64,000 nt of DNA. Source: Saccostrea cucullata (lineage: Eukaryota). Positions within the stretch are counted from its first letter, which is position 1. Every line of letters starts with the position of its first letter. The notes under the pieces were generated by a model. That model saw nothing but the letters and a program-made list of their open reading frames with translations, searched no databases and was not told the origin of the DNA. Positions 14,901-27,800 of the stretch are shown here, piece after piece. The stretch covers positions 186,001 through 250,000 of the forward strand of contig NW_026928881.1 in NCBI RefSeq assembly GCF_032062105.1. The letters run 5' to 3'. Both the position numbers and the translations under genes were made by a program.

Positions 14901-17900
14901 TGATCATGTCCAATGTGTGGTTTTATCATCGGAGTGGATTAAACTCAAGGCCAAACAGCCCTCACCTTAATTCAGGGGTAAGGAGGGGGAGGTACCAGAG
15001 GAACCAGGGGCATAGGAGTAGCGGGGTGGAGCGCCTGTCCATTAACTCTGACAACATACCCCCACCACCAAAGTAAGTCTGGCTATGTGAGCAACTTAAA
15101 TGAGGATCAGCTGATAGTTTATCTTCATATAGCCAGGGATATCTCAGCAGTGTTTAGTGATATTTATATTATAAAGGGGTATATATTAATTTCAATGTAG
15201 ATATAATTTATTATTTATTTTCTCTTGTATTTTTTGATATTTTTATTAAAGTGTAGTGAGAGGATACATGTGCTTAAAAGCATAAAGTCATTCCATGTTC
15301 ACTTACATGTAACTTTTAGGCCATCAAAAAATATTTAATGAACTCCAACCAACATTTTTCAAGGAAAGTAGGTACTTTAGCAGGTTTCTTTAAATTATAA
15401 AACACATTAGATAAATATTGCACAAATCTACACAGAAAAAAGTACTGTATGTGTACATGAATTGGCATATTCAAAATTTAGCACAATCAGTGGTTATTAA
15501 TTGAGTTATAAGTGTATTGAATTCATGAATGAGCTCTACACACAACACAACATGTATTTGTAAATGATTTTTTTGTGGTTTATACCAATATTCATGAATA
15601 TGCACATTGTTGTCCATTCCATTAAGATAAGTCCGTAAAATTTGAAACCCATGTTTTTTTCACTATACATACACATATGTTGTAAGTTTATTGTTTCATT
15701 TACTATATTAAAGCTTGAAAAACTTTTCACCTAAATTAGTGTCTTTAAAAAATTTAATAAATATCTTACTGCATGAGATCTGTATTTTCCTAGAAACAAA
15801 CACAAAATAAGATGAATTTTAATTACTGATTCTGAAAAAAATATGTGTAGGGTCAATGGTTTTGATGAGTCAGTCAGATGACATGAAACAAATTTATTTT
15901 TATTGTTGGCCTTAAGGCCAATTTATAGAACCATAATGATACTCATGTATCTCACAATATGCAGTTTATAGGGTGACAGACTGACAGAATGAGAAAATTG
16001 TATTAATATTTTCTAGCTGTCAGATGAAAATTATAAGCAATATACTTCCAGGCTTATTAATTGGCTTTTAGAATATCTGGTTACAAAGGGATTTTTCTCT
16101 GTTTGTCTCAGGTGTACAACATTGAATAGGCCTTCTCATTATGACAGAGTCATAGTGATATGCTTCATATATGATTTTTAGATACCCTTTTATTCTATAG
16201 GATAAACCATCGCAGATCACCAATTTTTGTGACACTCTATTTTGACCCGATATAATTACATGTAATTGGTTTTCCAAAATGTCTGGAGCTGCAATTGATA
16301 GAATTGGTTGTCCTGGAACATGTGGAATGTCTGCTTGATCAGAAAAACATCACAAATTATTACTAATTGCATATTTGAGTGTGCTTCTGTCATGAGTCTG
16401 TTTTGAATACATTTCAAAATGTTGCTGTAAAAAAGTAAAACTTGAAAGAAAAAGCAGACAATAATTATGCTGTCAAATATCATCAACATCTTATGCATTT
16501 CATCAACATTTTACACATACAGGTATTTCTTAAACACAACAGAAACATATTAGTAAGTCGATTGTGATTTCACAATGCTGCTGCATGCGCACTGACCCTC
16601 TGGTGAATATGGCTTCAAGTCCGGTGAATATGAAGTGCTATGAACTGTTTGTATTTGTTCGGATTATGTAGGGACCATTTATAGACTACATTATAATTTG
16701 ATTTATAAACAAAACTCATTATATGCAATAAGATCTTAATAATGTTTGAGAAAATAACGGGGAATGAAAATCACTTTTAATGTGTGAATTCACTATATGC
16801 GTGTTTGATTTAACCAAGTTTTACTGTATTTACAAAGTAATTACATGTGTAGCATTATAGCACAAGGATAATAACCTTTTAGTGGGAATGGAAGCTTTAA
16901 TAGAACATAATTGTATTAAGATCCATAATTGTTCATATGCTTGCATGACTATATAGCATTCATTGACCATAATTAAAGTGTATTAACATCACTGAGGTTG
17001 AGTGATACAAGGATTTATCAACTCCAGCACGCTGCATTTTTGACAGGACTGATATATTATTTTATCATTTTCTTTTTCTTTATTCAGAGTGAGAGTCGAG
17101 TTTTTCACAAATGAAAAATCCCTGAAAGAGCGGCTGCAGCTTTACTTCATCAAAAACCAACGATCAAGTAGGTCATGTCGTATAGATCTGTCTGGTATCA
17201 TTTGATCATGTTGTATATGTCTCATTTATATTTGATCATGTGCTATGGCTGTGTCATATTAATATTTTATCATATGATTATTCGATCATTTTATTTGATC
17301 ATAAGAAGGAGGGCATAATATTGCTTTGCTGCTGTCTGTCGGTCTGTCTGTTGGTCCACCATCAGTTTCCATTCATTTTCTTCGCAGAGGTTGCACATAT
17401 TTAAATGAAATTTGGTACAAATATATCATAAGAATATCTAGATGAAGTTATGTTTTGGTTATGATCTGGCCATTTTAGACAGAATTATGTCCCTTGGACT
17501 TAGAAAAATTCCAATTATTTGGAGGAGGGGGGCATATGTGTTTTAACATTCCAGATATTTGGAGGAGGGGGTGTAAGTGTTTTACAACATCTCTTGTTTG
17601 ATCATGTTGTATGTCGATCTGTTTCATTCACTTGATCATATGGTATGTCTGTTTCATTCATTATATCAAGTGGTATGTCTGTCTCTTTCATTTATCCAGC
17701 TTTCTGTGGTTTCATACTCTGTTTACAGGAATTTATAATTTTTTATGCATTTTGCAACTGTTATTTTTCCACTGGCAAAAATGAAAGCATTTTATTGATT
17801 TTTTTAAATTTTAAATGTAATGATCATATATTTATATTTGCAAATATGTTCATGCATCGTAGTGAAATGTCCAGTCCGTTGTATTTAAGGAACTTTTTTC

Positions 17901-20900
17901 ACTCAATTATTAAAATTAAACAAAATTAAGAAATTATAGGTATAAAAATGTAACAAAATTTGATATAACTGATTTTTTAACCAATTTTGCAATTGATAGG
18001 TAGGTTGACGTCATTGCAGTGTATTTTTGACGTTATAATAATCTGTACCTCTTAAAGAAAGGGGTTATAAAAATATTATTTAAGAAAAAGTAATAAACAT
18101 ACGCTACTTGAAATTTAAATTAGAAATTTGAGAAATTAATTATTTTCATTATGTTTTCATGTGAATCCATCATCATATTTTGTAGTAAATAAAATAGTGA
18201 AATTTGCTAATTTTTTTATTTTGAGATGCCCCCTTTGGTAACAAGGCTCAATTGAGTTTCTTACATATAATTATAGTATTACTCATCAAATATTATAGTT
18301 TGAACAAAATGTCTATTGTAGTATTTGTATAATTTGCTTTAAAGTGCTAATTTTCGACTTCTCCTATATAATCCTATAGTAAATTTAACCAAACTTGGCA
18401 CAAAGTATCCTTAGATAAAGGGAATTCAAGTTTGTTGAAATGAAGGGTCACACCCTTTATTAAGGGGAGATAATTGAGAAATGGTGAAAATTTTATGGTA
18501 TGTTTTAAAAATCTTCTCAAGAACCACTGTGCCAGGAAAGATGAAATATTTTATAATTATGCTTAAAATGTTAGATCAATTTTGAATATGTCCAATCCGG
18601 GGGTAGGGCAGGGCCACATTGTGTGTTATCACAAATTTTTACATTTTGAAATATATAGGAAAATTCTTTAAAAATCTTTGCCATCAAGAATAGCAAAGGC
18701 ATGAATGATATTTTTATGGAAGCTGTGCCATCAGAATGGTAGTGGACATTCAATTTTCACAACTCATACCATACTGTAGATTCCTAAGGGTAGGGAAACA
18801 ATGGCAGATCAAAGTTTTACATAAAAACGTAGAAAAAATCTTTAAAAATCTTCTTTTTAAGAATAGCAAAGCCATGATTAGTCCTATTCATATGGAAGCA
18901 TCCTCAGGTAGTGGACATTCAATTTTAACCAAACTTGGCATGAGTATCCTAAGGGTAGGGCAAGGGCCACAATGGCCACAAGTTTTACATAGAAATATAT
19001 AGTGAAAAATATCTTTAAAATCTTCTCAAGAATAGCAAAGGCATGAATGATCATATTTTTTATGGAAGCATCCTCAGGTAGTGGAGATTCAATTTTGTTC
19101 AAATCATGACCCCTAAGGGTAGGGCAGGGCCACAATGGCAGATCAAAGTTTTACATAGAAATATATAGGGAAATTCTTTAAAAATCTTCTCAAGAATAGC
19201 AAAGGCATGAATGATCATATTTTTTATGGAAGCATCCTCAGGTAGTGGACATTCATTTTTGTTCAAATCATGACCCCTGAGGGTAGGGCAGGGCCACAAT
19301 GGCCGATCAAAGTTTTACATAGAAATATATAGGAAAATTCTTTAAAAATCTTCTTCTCAAGAATAGCAAAGGCATGAATGATCATATTTTTATGGAAGCA
19401 TCCTCAGGTAGTGGACATTCAATTTTGTTCAAATCGTGACCCCTGGGGGTAGGACGGGGCCACAACATGGAATCCAAGTTTTACATAAAAACATGTAGGA
19501 AAAGTCTTTAAAAATCTTCTTTTCAAGAATAGCAAAGCCATGATTAGTCTTATTCATATGGAAGCATTCTCAGGTAGTGTAGATTCAATTTTGTTCAAAT
19601 CATGACCCCTAGGGGTAGGGTGGGGCCACAGTGTAAGTTCAAATGTAAAGGGCAATAAAGCCACTGGTAGTCAAAGAAATATGCAAGCATCCTTAGTTAG
19701 TGTAGATTCAAGTTTGTTCAAATCATACCCTCTCAGTTTTAAGGATTGGTTTGGACCACTATTGGGTTTAAACTTTTCAATAATAAACTGATTTCTGCTT
19801 TTTTCCTAGCCACATTGCTCAGGTGAGAGATGTGGCCCATGGGCCTCTTGTTAATATGATTATCATGATTTGACTTTGAAGAGCTATTTTGTGATAAGTA
19901 CTGGCTAAAAATAAGGAATATACTATAGTGTACATGTATAGTTACTATAGCATAATTATTATATAGAAATCTGCTGTTATTGGGATAATTGATGTGGGCT
20001 AAAAAAAATGTTAATATTAAATTTCATTAAATTAATAAATTTAATTAATATTAAATTGGAATTTACATTTACCAAGTATCATAAAGCAGATATTAATACC
20101 TCGCAGCTCAGCTGAGCTCCCATCTAATATTTGTGTTTACTTAGTTGACACCACTTACAGTAAAAGTAAATAATAAAATATCACTGTGTGGCAGATATAA
20201 AAATCTTCAACCTACTACCTTGTATATACATTGTACCTAATTTCATCAAGCAAAATAGTGTGGTTTTCAAAAAGTACCTAAAAGCTTGATTTTGCTTTTG
20301 CCTCAGGACTTAACATACATGTATATGTGATTGACAAGGATACAATAGTACTGCTAGTCACTATCTGAGCCTATGAAATTATTACTCTAAAGGATTTGTT
20401 ATGTAATATTTCCCTGATATCCAGCAATCATACAAAATGATTTTATTGAATTTGGAAAGCTACCATTCCATGCATTTTGTAAATTGAAATATAAATACAG
20501 TAAAACCATGTTAACTTTAACTCCAAGGAATCGAAAAAAATTGAAATTCTCAAAGGTTTTAGAAATTTGGAATTAAAGATAAAAGGGATTGACATTTCCA
20601 AATTAAGGACTTTGAAATATCGAGGGTATTCAAGATATTGATGTTAGAAATACCGAAGTTCAACTGTATATGGTTTAAATTAAATTTCTTGCCAGCTCAA
20701 AAGTACAGATAGAACTGATAGTTACGTAACCTTTGTCTTCTATAAATTTCTGAAATGAAGCATACATACAATACTGTAGTACATAAATTCATGGGGGCTA
20801 ATTTTCTTGGATTGTTTATATTTTAAAGTTTTTTTGGGGTACATGTCGTAATTTTATGTTTTTTTCTGATACCTAAAATATTTGTAAATCTAATTTTTAT

Positions 20901-23900
20901 CTTATTCATTAATTCAATGAGTTTGAATTTTTTTTATTTAAAAAGACTTAAAAATGGGAAAAATATATTCCACCTGTCTGTCTGTCTGTCTGTCTGTCCA
21001 GCTGTCTCTGCAATCGTTTCCATATCTTTTTACGGAGGGACATTGAATCTACTACTCCACACAAAGATTGCCCATGACCTAAGGGTGTGTCATTATTGAC
21101 CCAAGGTCATTTCCTTCAAGGTCATGAAAAAATTTTAATTCATGTCTGGTCCATATCTTTCTTATTTATAATTTTTGCTAGTGTTCTCATTTCACACAAA
21201 GATTGCCCATGACCCAAGGGTGTGTCATGACCTTACCCAAGGTCATTTGAGTTCAAGGTCACTGGAAGAAAAAATTCATAATTGGTGTTTGGTGTCCATA
21301 TTTTTTATAAATAAACTTGGTAGGTTCTCATTTCACACAAAGATTGCCCATGACCCAAGGGTGTGTCATGGCCTTGAACCAAGGTCATTAGGGGAAGTTC
21401 AAGGTCACTGGAAGAAAAATGTCATAATTTGTGTCCGGTCCATATCTTTCTTATGGGTAAACTTGGTAGGTTCTCATTTCACACAAAGATTGCCATGACC
21501 CAAGGGTGTGTCATGACCTTGACCCAAGGTCATTTGGGGAAAAAGGTCACTGGAAGAAAAATCTTAATTCATTTGATACATATCTTTTTATGGAAAAAAC
21601 TTATATATGAAAAACCTAGCTATTATAATTGATTTTGTCCTGTTTGGACAGTTCTAGTTTTATTTAAAGCTATCGTGCAAAGTCATAAACCTATTATACG
21701 CAAGGAGCAAAGCGGTGTCCGCCATATTTCTCTACTCTGCGATTTTCTAATTGCCAAATATATTGATCAATCGCGGTCATGGGCTATTGCACACGCTTCC
21801 AGAAGGCCTAGTGTGTACACTAAACCCCCGAAAATATAAGTCAAGCTTGTAATGTCTTCCGCTAAGTTTCAGAAACTAATACAATACAATTTTTTTGAAT
21901 GCTTTAAAAATAATTGTAAAAACTAAAATAACTTCATAAAAAAATAAATGTTACAATTTTACAAGCAAGTGAATTTTTTGCTTATGAAAAATACATTTAT
22001 AAACATCGTATTACAATGCTTACCAGACGCCAGACAGTACAAGCTTGATCATGGATCATACGATAAGTAAAAACAAGATTTATAAAAAGAAGAAGTATGC
22101 GAATTCTTTCCAAATTTTTCTTTCAGCGCCTACATCAACACATTCCGTATACGCCCTGCGACATGAAAAAGGTTATTGTATACCTTTACAGTTTTCTAAA
22201 AATAGTAACGAGTTTATATCTCAGGGATTTGGGGAGCAGTTATTATCTAGGAAAATATTATTTTTTAGAAGAAAATAATTATCAACAGAAACTCTGAATA
22301 TATTGAATGTAAAATTTTGAATTATATATTCTTTAGAAAATTTCATATATTTTGAGGATATATTGAATGTAACATTTAAAATTATATATTCTTTAAAAAT
22401 GTTAACATACCGGTATTTTGTAACCAAATCTCTCTCTCTATCTCTCTCTCTTAATTGTACACAATGTTCATGCATGAAAACAAACACAGGCGTCCCAAAC
22501 AAATTGAAATAGGGGGGGGGGCTAAACAAACAGAAAAAGGTAAACCCACAATTTTCAAGGCCTATATTATATTTGTATTTGCAAAAAATTGGAGGGGGGC
22601 TTTACCCCCACCCCCCACCCCATCCCAACGCATATGCAGGGATGGATTAAACTTTTCCTTGAAAGAAAAGTGAATACAACAATAAAACATCGGATATGGA
22701 AATCAGAAATATAAACGAAATTTTAACTTTTGGCAATGATGCAGAATTACATTTTTTTGGATAACGTAGAATTCAAAAATAATATTGCCCAAGTTTTCTG
22801 CAGTTGTATTATTCCTCGCCAATTTAATTTTCCTGAAAAAGGGGAAAACAATTTTATATGCTAATATAAAGAACAATACAATTTTCAGTAAAAGTTTGAA
22901 CCTATTTGAACACATATGTCATTTTCGCTACGAAGATGACATATGTGTAATAAATATGACATATGTATAAAATAAATACGATTTAAAATGTCTTGAATTC
23001 GTAATATAACCCCCTTCCCCGCAAACGCAAACGCATATACAATTTCCTATTTCTAACGCAAAATCACGCATATACCGTTTCCCCGCAATCACGCATTCTC
23101 ACGCACTGAAAAAAGTTCACTTAATCTTAAATTTAATGCCAATTTTCTTCTATTTTATGCTTGCAATATTCTCATAAAATAAGAAAAGTTATATTTGTAT
23201 TGAAATATTACGTCATGATATTATTTACGCTAAACTTTAGAGAAACCAGTACCACCATGCGGAGAAATGGTAAATTTCTATTTGTATGACGTGAACATTA
23301 AGTGTATGTTGCATAACAGTTCAGTAAGTTGTAAAGAGGCTACTTTTTTTCCCAAATACATACATAGTATAGACATTGAAACGACTTTCCCCCCCCTTCT
23401 ACAAAAACATCGCAGTGTAATTAAAAAAAATGGTTAAATGATTTTTTTTTGCTTGTTAGGTTTTATTGAAGGTATAATTTTTTTTTTTAGCCCCCCCCCC
23501 CCCCCCCCCCCCCCCGCTTTCAATTTGCTTCTGACGCCAATGTCAAATGTACATGTTGAAGAATTTTAATTAAAAATGAGATTTTTTTCATATCTTAAAT
23601 AAGGTTTTTCTGCCCGTAGCAACTCAGGCTAATTTGTTACATAGTAAAGAAAAGTACTAGTAAATGATTTTTATTGTCCATGCACATTTCTAATGCATAA
23701 AGTGCATCAATATCCAAAGCGGTTGATAGATGGTGCATCAAACATATAATAAGTCATCAATTTAGGAAAAAATGTAACATAAAATAAAAGTATTACATGT
23801 GTATGTAATTCTGAACCCAGGAAAATGGAATTTTTATAATATTAAAAGAAATGAGAATTAATGAAGTGATCCACATTGAAACTTGCCGGTCAGAAGTATT

Positions 23901-24807
23901 CAGATTTCCTAAAGTTTATTTAAGAAAAAATAGGTGTAAAATTTAGAATTAAATTATAATTGTCATTGTGTACATTTTCACAGAAACTTTTGAATTCATT
24001 GTTTGCCCCCCCCCCCCCCCCGGTACATAAAAACGTTTAATTACCTTGCGAGATTTATGCATGTACAATGTATTAAGAAGAACTGAACTTTGCTATTTAC
24101 CGCAAATGGTTCTCTTGCACATGTAAATAACTTGTCCGAACAACTTTTTCATAATGAACATAATTTGTGCCTTTTTTCTTGACGACAATTGCAATAATCT
24201 TTCTAGCTTTCAAGTTGCCTGTCTCTTTGCTTTATCCGATTAATAACGCATATGTAAACAAACATTTTATAATATATTAGCTACAGATCTGTACAGTAGC
24301 TTGCTGGAATGCAGCTGGAAAAAATAGAGATGTCTGTCCAGGGAGCTTATTGTGCATAAAACACCGCGCTTTTTCCATTTCTTTCTCCGTTATATAAATT
24401 ATGCTACCACCTAAAAAATTTACTAACCGTGTTCTCCTAGCACATTTACTACTCCCACAACAAAAAATTCCCCAAACTTTGGTTTATAGCCCCTCTGGGC
24501 CTGATATATCGAGTCCATCGAAAATTGGTAAAATATACTGTCATACTAGGTTGCAAAATAATTCAGTCCATTGCGCTTCGTGCATGACGTACACATGCAG
24601 TTCTATTGTGAATGAAGTAAAATTTAGAATATATAAGAAACTCAAGTTGAAATATATGGTGAAAAAAAAAACCCCACTTTTTGTGCGCAATAAATAAACA
24701 CTTTTTTTCAATGTTTAGCACTGTAGCTCTTTGGCCTGGTTGTCCATCCTATAATTGTTTTAGACCAGCGAGCTACAGATCTGCAGCTTATAAATAGGGT
24801 TGAAACT

Positions 24808-24843
<36 letters not shown>

Positions 24844-27800
24844 CTCTTAAAATTTTGGTATTTGTTTTATTTATTAATGCAATAATTGAAAAATAAACAA
24901 TGCATTTTTTTCTTTTTAGTGATGTAGGTCTTAAAATGTTATCTCCCGTACTGATGTATTCGCAGGAAAAAATATAATTACAGAAATAAATCAGTGATAG
25001 TATAATTTATATATCCAAATATTTCTTTATATACATGTAAATGGGTTTCTTCAGTAAATCCCCACCTCCTCTTCCTGATAAAGAATTTGATTTTCTTTAC
25101 AAGCAGTGTAGGCAAATAATTGATTTGCTGTTCTAAATAATAGAATAAACAGAAAATTTCATAAGCAGATTCAATTTTTCCTTGAGCATTTGGCGTAACT
25201 ATGCATTTTTTTAATTTGTACTTTATAAATTAAAAAAAAACAACAACAATTTGTTACCCTAATTTGTATTTGCGTCTAAAGTGTGTACAATTATTTGGGT
25301 TATGTCGAAAACGACCACCAGTTTCCAATGATTTTTTGTAGATTGTATAACACTCACATACATGTACTAGATAAAATAATAACAGGCCCCTAGAAAACAC
25401 CGAAGTGTGAGTAGATCCTATTTATAGAAAATTGTGAATTTTGCCCCCAGATCAGTTTTGTTTACCGAGAAAGGGTGTGTGTACTAATGGAGTATGCAAA
25501 AAGGCAAATCTTTGGATAAATATTGCTAAACTTTTATAAATTTTGTTTTACATATTGTATGTTCCATTCAACTTGATCAAGCTTGTACTGTCGGCATCTG
25601 GTAAGCAATGTAAAAAGCTTTTGCATAGGTTTTAGCAGAAATCTATTACTTTCATATAATTTTAGTAATATTTTACTTTTTTCTAATTTATTTACGTACT
25701 TATTTTGTGAAAAATATTTTTTTTTCATTATATTTTTGCATCAATAATTTATTTTCTAAAATTTAGCGGAAGACAGTACAAGTTTGACTTATATTTTCGG
25801 GGGTTTAGTGTACACACTAGGCCTTCTGGAAGCGTGTGCAATAGCCCGTGAGCGCGATTGATCACATATAAACATTGTAACTTTATTAAAAAATACACCG
25901 CTTTGCTCCTTGCGTATAATAGGTTTATGACTTTGCACGATAGCTTTAAAGATAATTACTGTAAAAATGGAAAAAAAAATATATTCCACCTTCTACTCCT
26001 TCTACTAAAGAAATCTCTAGATTCTTTTTATTTTTCAATGAAAGAATAACTTTCGGCTGTTTTATTGTAACTTATCCATATGAAATTTTCATCTTATGTA
26101 TTTTTGTTAGTTTATAATTTTTGCTGTGTATGCTTATAAAGCAATGAATAAATGATGCTTATATCATGATTCACTGCAGACATGGTGTTTGGTGTTTTCC
26201 ACTTTATAAATTATGTAGCGTACATACTTGGCTACCAATAGTGTAACCTGAGATATTGTATGGCCAGAGAAATATTTACCAAATTACCAGGCGCTTCTTC
26301 TCAGTTATGCCATTTGACTGTTTTAAACTTGTGCAAGAAAAAAAGCATAAAATTAATTTATACTGATTTAATAAGAATTATATATGCAGCTATTATAATT
26401 GATGACCATATAGTGCAGGGTGGCCCTATGAGAATTCCATCCCCATCCAAGTCAAGTTTTCTAAGTTGCCTTGCTGGTCTGAAGCTGTCTAGCACACTGT
26501 TCCTACACTGCTAAAAGACAGTTTCTGCAGGTCCCAAGTACAACCTAGAATCCCATATTACCATTTATAGCAATATTTTTTTAAAACTTGCCTTTAGTTG
26601 GTGGAACAATCTAACACACTGTTCCTGCTCTGCTAAAAGACACAGGTCAAAAGCTCTATCCTGGGTTTTGGCAGTGAGGGGTATAATTCCTTCTAATTTG
26701 ATTCTGTACTGATAAGGTTGTATACATTTACATCTGGAAACAGATAAAGCAATTTAGTGCAGGGATTTGAGGGAGATTTTGAGGTCTTATAGGTAAAGGT
26801 CAAGGTTAGAATTATTCATGTTATTTTTTATTGTGTTATTATGTAAGCTGCACAAACCCTTGTGTATATTTTGATTTACATATTCATTATACACAAGTAG
26901 AAACACAGATAGATTTTGCATTGATCTTGACTTTGACATTTGGGCAAGTTAACTTGCCAAAATGCTGTGTATATTTTAAAATATATACTAAATTTCAGCC
27001 GGTGAAAATTTGACTTAAAAAGAACTTTTTGAAGTTTAATTTGCTTACTGATATGAATTTTTATCTTTTTTAGTTCACAGCTCCAGATTCAAGCTCAAAA
27101 CACATCATCATGTCATGTGACACTTGACCCAGATGATTTCAAAGAAAACAAGGTTATTCGTTGGTAAGTCATTTGCAACTTATACATGTATATTCCAATA
27201 CTGAATACTTTGATTCTATGAACATATGACAGAACTGATTAATTTAAATCAATTGATCCACATACACAGTACAATAAAACTTTATGCTTCCAATCAGTAT
27301 ATCTGATATACATTAATTGTACTATTTGAACAATATTTTATTTTATCACATAAAGACACTGTGTAGTGATCTTCAAGTAAATACTTCATTTTTCATGAAT
27401 TCAATATAAAGTGAAACTTAATTGTCATATCTGGATCTTGTGTATCCCGAAATATTGCCCAATACAGTGTTAACTGAAGTCCCTATTATAGTAAATTTAA
27501 TGGTTTAAAATTAAATGTTGTCTAATCTGGCTAATTTCTATGGAACCAGTTGTGTATGGATTCAACTAGTTTTTTTTTTAATGTACATAATTTCATTTGT
27601 TCACATGGTTTCAAAATTGATCTATTATTGCTTTGCAAACTTTCGAACTTTGAATTATTGTTCCTTGGAAACGAAAAACGACTTTTATTAAAAAATAAAA
27701 AACAATTGAAAAAAAATTTAAATGGTATCAATGTACTAGTGGTATTTTAATTAACATTTTGCAGATTTTATTTCACTGTCTGTATGTGGCATGTAATAGC

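Noticed and set aside
17729-17785. Candidate S1 exon [18 protein letters not shown] after a CAG
   Set aside because: In-frame stop, no donor, and only superficial similarity to S1.
18571-19299. Repeated ORFs beginning [14 protein letters not shown]
   Set aside because: Products of the ~166-bp satellite units.
26532-26645. Phase 1-to-2 open frame SPKYNLESH...AKRH between CAG and GT that would restore the KCNT frame
   Set aside because: No S1 similarity or clear hydrophobic helix, a weak donor (GTCAAA), and it lies in a local duplication.
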